Source: Planctomycetota bacterium (GTDB lineage: Bacteria > Planctomycetota > Planctomycetia > Pirellulales > Pirellulaceae). Taken from it: a stretch of 64,000 bases of DNA. The notes below the pieces were generated by a model. That model was given only the letters and a program-made list of their open reading frames with translations. It did not search any database and was not told the DNA's origin. Positions 19,150 through 28,109 of this stretch are shown piece by piece. The DNA lies in the NCBI GenBank assembly GCA_046342615.1, contig JBKDPB010000206.1:6704-70703 (forward strand), given 5' to 3'. The stretch's first letter is position 1; the number at the start of each line of letters is the position of its first letter. A program made the position numbers and the translations under genes.

Positions 19150-20304
19150 CTAAAGCGCCCCGAGTTCAAGGTAGGGAACACACCTGGATTTCATGGCATT
19201 CTCCAAGCAGTTCTCATCCCACGATACCAAAAAGATATCCGTTTGATATTTTTGAATCGCCCGACAGCGAACGGATTCGGTCAGCGGATCGGTATCGCAC
19301 AAACCGATCATGATCGCATCCGCGTCGTCGGGTAAATGGGAAGCCGCTTGATCCACGAGGCATCCAAAGGATTTTACTCCTTGTCCAATTGCCAAGGGTA
19401 GCGCTGCCGTGACCAAGGGCAAGCAATGACCGGGTTTGGGAAATCGGACTCTCCCCGACATCCCCGCCAGGGCATTGTACAATGGCCTCAGCCAGCGCAG
19501 CCACCAATCGTATGCTTCAACGACCACTTGCTTCATCGATCGTTGATCCCAAACCCCGAGCGTGCCAACCAATTCATCGTCGATCCACATTCCCTGCAAC
19601 TGTCCTTCGCGCATTCCCGCAAAGACGTTCGACGGAAAAACAAAATCGCGTTCGAGATAGCATGGCAGCAGCTCTCGTTCTCGACGGGCCTTCTCCAGAA
19701 ACGTCATCAATGGGTTGACTTCGGCTGGTCCGATGGGGCGTATATTCACGCGGTTCGCGCTTCTTGGTCGGTTCGTTTTCGGGACAATCCAAGTATTGAG
19801 TCGCCCGATCTTCTTGTAGAAAGGCAAGCCGGCTCGACCCCCTACCAGCGCGTTCGTAGCCGATCGGTTCTCAACGGCGATTGTCGTAACATAAAAATCC
19901 GCTCTCCGGTCTCGATCCAATTCGCGCAGATAACGATAGCCTCGCGCCAGCATCGTGCCGCGGCGATACTGCGGGTGAATTCGGAGCCCGGACAGGTAAC
20001 CGATGTTTCGCGGAACACCGGATATGTATCGTTCGCGGACACTCCTGGAGCCCATTCCGACGATCTGTCCCGTTCCGCGGTCGCGAGCGGTCATCACCTG
20101 GACGAATTCTCCCTCGCAGCCATGCGCCGCAAAGTAGCTGGGTTCACGGCGAAACGATACGCTAATGATTCCGTCCATCCGGATGTTCCGCAGCAGTTGC
20201 CGCAACTGCATATCGTCGGCGGGGGTTGCCAATTCGAAGTGAAGTCGAGTTCCGTGGACGCGGCCATTTTCCGCAGCCGATTCCGTTCTCTTTGCGATAC
20301 TCAT
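19150..20304 (-). CDS. GNAT-like acyltransferase (probable tandem GNAT folds)
   Basis: IGYLSGLRIHPQYRRG resembles GNAT motif A. ATG at 20304 overlaps the radical SAM stop (ATGA). Confidence 0.65.
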   Translation of the reverse strand: MSIAKRTESAAENGRVHGTRLHFELATPADDMQLRQLLRNIRMDGIISVSFRREPSYFAAHGCEGEFVQVMTARDRGTGQIVGMGSRSVRERYISGVPRNIGYLSGLRIHPQYRRGTMLARGYRYLRELDRDRRADFYVTTIAVENRSATNALVGGRAGLPFYKKIGRLNTWIVPKTNRPRSANRVNIRPIGPAEVNPLMTFLEKARRERELLPCYLERDFVFPSNVFAGMREGQLQGMWIDDELVGTLGVWDQRSMKQVVVEAYDWWLRWLRPLYNALAGMSGRVRFPKPGHCLPLVTAALPLAIGQGVKSFGCLVDQAASHLPDDADAIMIGLCDTDPLTESVRCRAIQKYQTDIFLVSWDENCLENAMKSRCVPYLELGAL

Positions 20305-21680
20305 CGACGAACCGCGACCAGCTCGGTTGTATCGCCCTCGTCGCCCAGGGGCATTCCGCTCCGCTTCTCGATGTCCCACTGATGAATCGCGTTGATAAAC
20401 AAATAGTTTCGGAGCACATAGAGACTGCTTCGATTGACGGGTTGCCAGGCGCGGCTGGCGATGCTGCGCCAGCTGTAGAATTCCTTGCGCGCCTTCAAAC
20501 ACAAATCCTCCAGTTCCCGAGGAGTCATCTTGGCCGGTTGAAAAGGAATCATGTTGTATCGATAGCGTGGATCGGTCCACCAAGATTCAAACAATAACTT
20601 GCCCTCTTGTTCCAATCGCTTGTAGAGAGGGGTTCCTGGGAATGGAGTGATATGATTGAAGGCTGCGATGAATAAACCCTGTTGTTTGGCGAAGGCGACC
20701 GTCTCGGCAATCGATGCGGGCGTATCGTGATCATAGCCCACGATGAACGTTCCATAAACGACCAGTCCATGTCTCCGCAGATTCTGGATTGCGACAGCGG
20801 GACCACCCTTCATCAGGTTGAACCCCTTGTTCATCTGCTTGAGGCTATCGGGGTTTAGCGACTCGAATCCTACCAGCACTCCCTGGCAGCCCGCTCGTTT
20901 CATCAAATCGAGCATCTCGTCGTCGTGTGTTACGTTGATCGCGGTTTGGGTAAACCACTTGAGTTTCAACGGGATGAGAGCCTTTAGTAGCTCTTTGGCT
21001 TCCGACATGCCGGACGTCAAGTTGTCATCGATGAAGAATACCATTTGATTTGGCTTGCGAACTTTGCCGATTTCTCTGATGACTCGATCAACATCTCGAA
21101 AATGATGGGCCCCTTTGTGAAAGGACTGTATGGCGCAAAACTCACAGCGAAAGCGGCAGCCGCGTGCAAACTCGACCAACTGTATCGGAAGGTATTTTTT
21201 GTCGCGAAAGATCGAGCGGTCTGGATCGATGTTCAGCCGCGGTTGCCCGGAAGCTCGGTAGAACAGCTGTGGGGTTCCATGTCGGTAATCATCCAACAAT
21301 TGCGGAAAGGTTTCCTCGGCTTCTCCCACAACCACGGAATCCGCATACACCGCGACTTCTTCTGGACAGAGGGTCGCATGATATCCGCCCATGACGACTG
21401 GAACGCCGCGACGTCGATACTCCGATGCAATTTGATACGCTCGGCGAGCCGTATAGGTCTCGATACTGATAGCGACCAAATCCGTTGGTTCGTCGAAAGG
21501 TATCAGTTCGAATCGGTCATCATAGAACCGTTTTTCAACATCTCGCGGTGTCAGCGCGGCAATCATTGCGGCGGGTAGCGGCTCCATTTGCCAAGTCTTG
21601 AGATACTTTCGATCTCCGGCGCGCCGCCCCACGCAAGGGTGTACGATCGTCAAACGAAAGGGACGATGGGCCTGAATCAT
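20301..21680 (-). CDS. B12-binding-domain radical SAM protein (4th in tandem)
   Basis: N-terminal B12-binding-like domain (VVMGGYHAT, VVGEAE), RGCRFRCEFC, FIDDN, GFES, TPFPGTPLY. Confidence 0.93.
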   Translation of the reverse strand: MIQAHRPFRLTIVHPCVGRRAGDRKYLKTWQMEPLPAAMIAALTPRDVEKRFYDDRFELIPFDEPTDLVAISIETYTARRAYQIASEYRRRGVPVVMGGYHATLCPEEVAVYADSVVVGEAEETFPQLLDDYRHGTPQLFYRASGQPRLNIDPDRSIFRDKKYLPIQLVEFARGCRFRCEFCAIQSFHKGAHHFRDVDRVIREIGKVRKPNQMVFFIDDNLTSGMSEAKELLKALIPLKLKWFTQTAINVTHDDEMLDLMKRAGCQGVLVGFESLNPDSLKQMNKGFNLMKGGPAVAIQNLRRHGLVVYGTFIVGYDHDTPASIAETVAFAKQQGLFIAAFNHITPFPGTPLYKRLEQEGKLLFESWWTDPRYRYNMIPFQPAKMTPRELEDLCLKARKEFYSWRSIASRAWQPVNRSSLYVLRNYLFINAIHQWDIEKRSGMPLGDEGDTTELVAVRR

Positions 21681-23110
21681 ACCCGTACCTCGCTGTTTGC
21701 CATCGCCTCCGTTTGAGTTACCACAGGCAAGTCGAATCTTCCGCTGAGCCCACCCCCTAGCAATTCAAATGGGACGTCGCAGGTGTAGAAACGATGCAGC
21801 CGATAGGCGTAGTATCGATATCCGTAATTCGTCATCAGCGCAAAGGGCCAAGATGCAGGCGTATGGCGCAATCTGCGGAAGATGTTGGGCCAGGAATAAG
21901 CGTACTTCCACGCGCTTTCGGTCCCGCGCTGCAGTTGCTCGATACTCATCTGCGCTGGCTGGAACACGACGTGCTGTCCATCGTACAGCTGCCAGTCCTT
22001 TGTGAGGATGCGCCCCTCCGACTCCAATTGCTTGTAGAGACCCGTGCCGGGGAATGGGGTGACGATCGCGAATCTCGGAAGATCGATTCCGCAGTCCACG
22101 GCAAACTTCGCCGTCTTCAGAAACACATCGGGTTGGTCATCATCAAGCCCGAAAACAAAGCAACCTTGAAGGGATATTTTTCTGGCGTGCAGCTGTTGGA
22201 CGATTCGGGGATAATCATCCGGATTATTGAACGCTTTATGCGATTTTTTCAAGGTGCCCTGAGAAACAGACTCCAGGCCCATCAGGAGCCCCCGACAACC
22301 GCTCCGCGCCGCGAGGTCGAGCAAGGGGATATCATCGCAAAGGATCGTGGTCGACAACCCGTACCACTGAATATTGAGAGGCAACAAGGCTTCGAACAGC
22401 TTTGCCGCGTAATGTTTGTCCGCGATCAAGTTCAAGTCGATGAAGAGTGCCTTTTTGGCTTTTCGGCGTTTGATATCATCGACGATCTCTTCGACGGGTT
22501 TTTGCCAAGGCTTTCGACCCCATGCTGCCGGGACGACGCAAAACGAACAGTTGTGCACGCATCCGCGTGTTGATTCGAATACGTTTGCGGTTAGAAATCT
22601 TGATTCCGGGAGAACGCTTCGATCGGGGAGCGGGTAGCCTCCCAGCTTGAACTCGGCGCTTTGCTGGTATCGCGATTGCATTTTCCCTGCCACAAAATCC
22701 TTCAGCAGCCTGGGCCACTCTTCTTCTGCGTAGCCGACCACAATGGCGTCGGCGTGTTGCTGGGCTTCCGCCGGCAACAGCGTGACGTGAGGCCCTCCGA
22801 GTACAACCGTGATTCCCCGTTTGCGAAAATGGTCTGCAAGGTCATAGGCTCGCTTGGCTGTCCCCGTAATGACCGTCAAACCGATGATGTCTGCATCCAG
22901 ATCCAAGGGGACATCCATAATCCCTTCGTCGAAACACCGGATCGACGCATTCAATTCTTTGGGGACCAAGGCTGCCAGGGTTGGCAGCGTCAGTGGCATG
23001 TATCGAAGCGACTTTCCGAAAATTCCTCCGCGATGTCGATACAACGGACCCTTGGGGGAAACCAGCACAATCCGCAGCGAACTTGTTCTTTCCTCGGCAG
23101 AAGCAATCAT
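21677..23110 (-). CDS. B12-binding-domain radical SAM protein (3rd in tandem)
   Basis: VVLGGPHVT, RGCVHNCSFC, FIDLN, GLES, TPFPGTGLY. Confidence 0.93.
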   Translation of the reverse strand: MIASAEERTSSLRIVLVSPKGPLYRHRGGIFGKSLRYMPLTLPTLAALVPKELNASIRCFDEGIMDVPLDLDADIIGLTVITGTAKRAYDLADHFRKRGITVVLGGPHVTLLPAEAQQHADAIVVGYAEEEWPRLLKDFVAGKMQSRYQQSAEFKLGGYPLPDRSVLPESRFLTANVFESTRGCVHNCSFCVVPAAWGRKPWQKPVEEIVDDIKRRKAKKALFIDLNLIADKHYAAKLFEALLPLNIQWYGLSTTILCDDIPLLDLAARSGCRGLLMGLESVSQGTLKKSHKAFNNPDDYPRIVQQLHARKISLQGCFVFGLDDDQPDVFLKTAKFAVDCGIDLPRFAIVTPFPGTGLYKQLESEGRILTKDWQLYDGQHVVFQPAQMSIEQLQRGTESAWKYAYSWPNIFRRLRHTPASWPFALMTNYGYRYYAYRLHRFYTCDVPFELLGGGLSGRFDLPVVTQTEAMANSEVRV

Positions 23111-24534
23111 GTCCCCACCACCTCTGTGATTTGTTCGGTCTTATTCTTGTCGAGCCGGGTTCCCGGATTTCGGCGATGCAACCCGAACAGCATGCCTTGC
23201 TTCTTTTTGGCTTCCTTGGCGTAGATCGGGTTGTATTGCAGATAGGCGAATAGCCGCATGGGCGAACTCAGGTGCGTCTTGAAATCGAACATGCGCCACA
23301 GGATCGAACCGAAGGTGTTCCATCGACGACGACAATCCCAACAAGCCTCGGTCAATTCGTCGGGCGACATGCGTTTTGGCACAAACGCGGCATGATTGAA
23401 CCGATACTCCGGATGCAGCCACCATTTTCCGTCGTACAGCAACCTGCCTTCAGATTCGAGCCGCCGGTACAGGGGCGTGTTCGGGTAAGGCATGAGGATG
23501 TTGTAGGCGGCAAAGCAGAATTTGTGATGCATCGCGAAATCGCTTGTAGCTCGAATCGAATCCACGGTGTCATCATCGTGGCCGAGAGTGAATGCAGCCC
23601 ACGTTTGCAAATGGTGGTCGCGCAGAATCTGAATCGGCTTTTCGTAGTAGTCCCAGCCGATGCGTTTGATTTTCTCATGATCTCGGCGAAGGAAGTTGGG
23701 CCCTTTTTTCATCCGCTGCAAATTGGTCGGATTCAATGACTCGAACCCGATTACGTTTCCCATGCATCCGCTTTCCACCAGCAAGTGCATCAGCTCAGGG
23801 TCATTGGTCATATCCAGAGATGCCTGCGACACCCAGCGGATTCGCATCGGTATCAATTCGCGCAAGAACGCTTTCGCCGCCTCATGATTGGACAGAAAAT
23901 TGTCGTCCACAAAGAAGATGAATTTTCTGTCTTGGCTCTCAATCTCATCCAAGACTTCGCGAGTCCGGCGCACATAATGGTTGCGATGAAAGAATACGCT
24001 GATGGCACAAAAATCGCAGGCGAAACGGCATCCTCGGCTGAATTGCATCAAGGTAACCGGCAAATATCCTTTGTTGCGAAAAAGATCGCGTCGCGGCTTG
24101 ATGCCGCCTTGCTGTGCGATCCCAGGTGGCGAACGGTACTCCGGCTTGAGCTTTCCCAGTTCTGCATCGGCAACCACTTCGTGCCAAATCAATTCTGCAT
24201 CGCCAATAAAGATGGAATCTGCGTGCTGCCGGCATTCGTCGGGAAATAGGGTTGGATGAAAACCGCCGAGGATAACAGGCACCCCTCGCAGCCGATATTC
24301 TTCGGCGATCTCATAGGCGCGTCGAGCGGTGTAGATCTCAACGGTGATCGCCGCCAGATCGGTCGGCTCGTCGTAGGGGATTTCTTCAATTCGATCGTCG
24401 TAGATAACGCACTCGACATGCGAGGGGGTCATGCCCGCCAAAACCCCTAATTGCAATGGCTCCATGCGCCCTTCGTCGACGTAGAGGCTGTGTTCCAACC
24501 TCCCGATATTCGGTTTGATAAAGGTGATCTTCAT
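23107..24534 (-). CDS. B12-binding-domain radical SAM protein (2nd in tandem)
   Basis: VILGGFHPT, RGCRFACDFC, FVDDN, GFES, MPYPNTPLY. Confidence 0.93.
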   Translation of the reverse strand: MKITFIKPNIGRLEHSLYVDEGRMEPLQLGVLAGMTPSHVECVIYDDRIEEIPYDEPTDLAAITVEIYTARRAYEIAEEYRLRGVPVILGGFHPTLFPDECRQHADSIFIGDAELIWHEVVADAELGKLKPEYRSPPGIAQQGGIKPRRDLFRNKGYLPVTLMQFSRGCRFACDFCAISVFFHRNHYVRRTREVLDEIESQDRKFIFFVDDNFLSNHEAAKAFLRELIPMRIRWVSQASLDMTNDPELMHLLVESGCMGNVIGFESLNPTNLQRMKKGPNFLRRDHEKIKRIGWDYYEKPIQILRDHHLQTWAAFTLGHDDDTVDSIRATSDFAMHHKFCFAAYNILMPYPNTPLYRRLESEGRLLYDGKWWLHPEYRFNHAAFVPKRMSPDELTEACWDCRRRWNTFGSILWRMFDFKTHLSSPMRLFAYLQYNPIYAKEAKKKQGMLFGLHRRNPGTRLDKNKTEQITEVVGT

Positions 24535-25895
24535 GCGTTGACCTCCATCAAAACGCTGTCATCAGGAGGATAAACCTCTTGCAACACTTCGGTAGCATCA
24601 CCCAATCTCATTCCTTGTTTGCGATGGATTTCGCGCCTTGAGGTTATATTCGCCAAAGCGAACGCGGCAGCGTGAAGCGGCGTTCGGCAGTTCGCCCGAA
24701 GGTCCAACGCGCGCTTTCCAATACTCCTCCAACGATTGAACTCGGTTCGAATGCGATAGCAGCCTTCTTGCAATTGCTCTGGAGACATGCGCTTGGGCTG
24801 AAACATGCAGTCGCCATATTTGAAATCCGGATCGAGCCACCAAGGATCGCGAATCAATCTTTCCTCCGACTGGAGTCTGGTGTACAGCGCCGAACCAGGC
24901 GTAGGGGTCAATGGATTGAAGTTCGCCAAAAAGAGGCGGTTCTCGATCGCGAACTCAAGGGTTGCATCAAAGACAGCAGGTGTGTCATGGTCGTACCCAA
25001 GAACAAATCCGCCGTAGATCATCATTCCATGGTCGCGTATCTTTCGAATCATCTCCCCATAGGTTCCATGCTTTTGGTTCCATGATTTCTTCATCAGCTT
25101 CAAATTGCCCGGATCAAGCGACTCGAAACCAATCATCAACGAGATGCAGCCGCTTTCAGCCATCAATTGCAACAATTCACTATCAGCTGCAATGTCGATA
25201 CTGCATTGGCACGACCAGCGAAGCTTCAACGGCCGAATCGCTTCCAGCAGTTCACGCAATCGATCTTTGTTATTGAAAAGATTGTCATCGGTGAAAAATA
25301 CGTACGGGCGATCGATGCGCGATAATTCTCCGACCACTTCACTCACAGGTCGCCAACGCAAACTGGTTCCGTAAAAAGCGTGAATCGAACAAAAATCGCA
25401 TGCATAACGACAACCTCGCCCGAACTGGACCAACGCCACCGGGCGATAACGTTTTTTGTGGAATATGCTTCGATCGATCACGCGGTCCGAAAGCTTCGGA
25501 AACCGGCTTTCGTACTTCCGTTTCAACGTTCCATGTTTCGCATCCTTCACGATCTCCGGCCAAACATCATCCGCATCACCTACGACAACAGAACGCACGT
25601 AGCGCAAGGTTTCATCGGCGCAAAACGTCGCGTGATACCCCCCTGCAACCACCGGAATTCCCTGCCGCTCAAACCGACTTGCTAATTGATAGGCGCGACG
25701 AGCGGTAAACGTTTCAACCGTAATGGCGACGAGATCAACATCAAGACGTTCCGGGATCTCTTCCAATCGTTCGTCATACAACTCGATCCGGCAATCTTTG
25801 GGTGTGCACCCCGCCAAGATGGCGAAGACTAATGGTTCCATCGCGTCGGATGAACGACCAGCGTACAAATTCGGGCGCACAAAAGCGATACGCAT
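24531..25895 (-). CDS. B12-binding-domain radical SAM protein (1st in tandem)
   Basis: VVAGGYHAT, RGCRYACDFC, FTDDN, GFES, TPTPGSALY. Confidence 0.93.
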   Translation of the reverse strand: MRIAFVRPNLYAGRSSDAMEPLVFAILAGCTPKDCRIELYDERLEEIPERLDVDLVAITVETFTARRAYQLASRFERQGIPVVAGGYHATFCADETLRYVRSVVVGDADDVWPEIVKDAKHGTLKRKYESRFPKLSDRVIDRSIFHKKRYRPVALVQFGRGCRYACDFCSIHAFYGTSLRWRPVSEVVGELSRIDRPYVFFTDDNLFNNKDRLRELLEAIRPLKLRWSCQCSIDIAADSELLQLMAESGCISLMIGFESLDPGNLKLMKKSWNQKHGTYGEMIRKIRDHGMMIYGGFVLGYDHDTPAVFDATLEFAIENRLFLANFNPLTPTPGSALYTRLQSEERLIRDPWWLDPDFKYGDCMFQPKRMSPEQLQEGCYRIRTEFNRWRSIGKRALDLRANCRTPLHAAAFALANITSRREIHRKQGMRLGDATEVLQEVYPPDDSVLMEVNA

Positions 25896-25967
25896 CGGTC
25901 ATCCTTGGCGTTTGGCCGAAGTGGAATGAATCAAACGGTCGAATTCGAACATGGCATTTCCACCTGG

Positions 25968-26624
25968 CTAGGGCGTCGACGTCGGTTTCTTGCGACATAG
26001 CCAGAATCCACCCAGACTGCCCAAGAACAAGCCACCTGCAGCGGACAACAGCATCATACGATTTGTTGATTCCGTGACGAACAGTCGAATTACGGAGTTG
26101 TCAAATGAGTTGGCCACGCCGCTAAAGCTGACAAGCATCCATTTTCCATTCGCCCGTACGATCGTGCCGGACCAGTAGCTGTCCAGCGAAACCGTTTCGC
26201 CTCGTTTCAGTTTGTATTTGTCCTTCATCTTCCCCGTTGAAATCACCATCTTTCCGCCATCGAGCACCAATCGCTTTTCAATCGTGGGGTCGACCTCAAT
26301 CTTGTCGATGAACGCACTGAGTTTCTTGAACTCAGCCAAAACCTCCGCATGTCCATGAGATACGCTGCCGTCTTGCCATGTCGCGACCACGTCGGGATGA
26401 CAATAATTCGTCAGCATTTCCTCGTAGCGCCCTTCGTTGAACGCTGTGTACAAACCCTTGCGAAACGTATCCAGGTCCGCTTCCATGTTCGCAGCGCTAG
26501 AAGCTTCCGCCGCAGGGGGTAGCGCGGCAGTCGATGCAGGCTCTTCCTGGGCACGCACCCATCCGGCGAAAAACAGAACGAAAGCCGAAAATACGAAAGC
26601 CGAAGAACAGAGAAGGAGTTTCAT
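25968..26624 (-). CDS. NTF2/SnoaL-like (DUF4440) protein with signal peptide and C-terminal membrane anchor
   Basis: Signal-like MKLLLCSSAFVFSAFVLFFAGWVRA. NTF2-like core AFNEGR..HPDVV....G..SHG..WSGTIVRANGKWMLVS. Hydrophobic tail followed by RKK. Confidence 0.7.
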   Translation of the reverse strand: MKLLLCSSAFVFSAFVLFFAGWVRAQEEPASTAALPPAAEASSAANMEADLDTFRKGLYTAFNEGRYEEMLTNYCHPDVVATWQDGSVSHGHAEVLAEFKKLSAFIDKIEVDPTIEKRLVLDGGKMVISTGKMKDKYKLKRGETVSLDSYWSGTIVRANGKWMLVSFSGVANSFDNSVIRLFVTESTNRMMLLSAAGGLFLGSLGGFWLCRKKPTSTP

Positions 26625-26916
26625 CACGTGAATCCTTTTGAAACGGGCATCTTGGGTTGAGTATGCCAAATCCATGAAAGCCTTGTGCACATCCAGGTCC
26701 CTTTGTACATCTTTTTTCGATGAAAGCAAGAAAAGGTCCTGAGGATGCCATGGAATCGATCCTCGACCGCGAAGAGTCAAAATTCGTTTTCTCCACATTC
26801 GAACTCGCCTTTGCGCCGAGGGCTCTTGCATTGGGCAGGCGGTCGCCTTACCGTCATTCCTCAACCAACCTTCCCTCGAGGACCTCGCTACCCATTACTC
26901 GATCCCTGGACCAACG

Positions 26917-27477
26917 ATGCCCAATATCGTGATCAAGACGGACCGTCCGCGCGTCGAGAGACTGCTCGCACCGTACCGATCGAGGATCGGAAATGATTAC
27001 GATGGTTACCGGAATCACGTGTACCGCACGATAACCTATGCGATGTATTTTCTGGGCGACGCCCCACAATACGAACCGCTTGTCGAAACCGCTTTCGTTT
27101 ATCACGACATTGGATTATGGACGGATCATGTCCTGGCATACCTGGAGCCATCGGAAGCGATCGCCATCGAAGACAACGCGAAGTATGGTTTCGGTTTGGA
27201 TCCTGAGGCGCTGCGAGGCGCCATTCACTGGCACCACAAGATTTTTCGTTACAAAGGGCCTCATTCCGATGTGATCGAGGCGTGCCGCAAGGCGGATTGG
27301 ATCGATGCCTCTCAGGGATGGATTCGCAAGGGGATGAGCAGGGTTGCGATAAAGTGCGTCGAATCCGCATTTCCCAACTGTGGTTTCCACACATCGCTTC
27401 TGCGATTGGCCAAAGAATACGGAGGATCGACGGTGATGGGTGGCATGAAAGTGGCTCGAGGCATCGTGAAGTGGTGA
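26917..27477 (+). CDS. HD-domain phosphohydrolase-like protein
   Basis: YRNHVYR, YHDIGLW, HWHHK and RKADWID metal-binding pattern. Confidence 0.75.
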   Translation: MPNIVIKTDRPRVERLLAPYRSRIGNDYDGYRNHVYRTITYAMYFLGDAPQYEPLVETAFVYHDIGLWTDHVLAYLEPSEAIAIEDNAKYGFGLDPEALRGAIHWHHKIFRYKGPHSDVIEACRKADWIDASQGWIRKGMSRVAIKCVESAFPNCGFHTSLLRLAKEYGGSTVMGGMKVARGIVKW

Positions 27478-27666
27478 ATCGATACGCTTATCGTGTTTCG
27501 CCCAAATCGGTTTCCGAGGGGCCCGGATACCATCCGTTGATGGTTGGGGGAGACACTATAATTGCATCTTGGGTGAATCCGGTGCATCGGCCTGTGCCGG
27601 AGAGTGTCGCCCACGAAAGCCTGATCCAGGCCCTTCCTTGGCAAGCCATGAAGAAAGACGATCACC

Positions 27667-28080
27667 ATGCACACGCACGATGGCGACGATACACTGTTTG
27701 ATATTTTTAACGAATTGGATGTGGACTTTGCCAAGCCTCGTGAAGTGAATTTCTACTTCATCTTTTCGACTCAAGCCGATGCGGAAAACGCCGCGCGGGA
27801 TCTCCGGCAAATCGATTTCCCTTGCGAGATCTTCCAGCACCGTCTGCCGTGGTGGAAGCGATGCTTTTTCAAGCCGGACTGGACGGTTTCAACCACCCGT
27901 CAGATGCCGCTCGAGATCGCCGAAATCAAACGTCTCACAACCGCCTTCGGAAGTGTGGCACGCAAACACCATGGTCAGTACGACGGCTGGGAGGCCTGTG
28001 TTGCGGAAGACCAGGTTCCGGTGTCGAAACTGAATCATGAAGTCCCCGGCATGTGGGAAGGCGATGTGAAAAAACAGTGA
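27667..28080 (+). CDS. RraB-like domain protein
   Basis: REVNFYFIF and C-terminal GQYDGWEA motif. Confidence 0.7.
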   Translation: MHTHDGDDTLFDIFNELDVDFAKPREVNFYFIFSTQADAENAARDLRQIDFPCEIFQHRLPWWKRCFFKPDWTVSTTRQMPLEIAEIKRLTTAFGSVARKHHGQYDGWEACVAEDQVPVSKLNHEVPGMWEGDVKKQ

Positions 28081-28109
28081 TGCTCCAAGCGAGCATGGAT
28101 TCTGGTGGG

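Noticed and set aside
13629-26624. RiPP cluster (multiple B12-rSAM methyltransferases acting on a peptide)
   Set aside because: No credible precursor ORF fits the small gaps, no peptidase or transporter is present, and the accompanying enzymes are lipid-type. A distant precursor cannot be excluded.
26625-26916. Cobalamin riboswitch upstream of the B12-radical SAM operon
   Set aside because: I read the minus strand and found no B12-box or other conserved cobalamin riboswitch elements.
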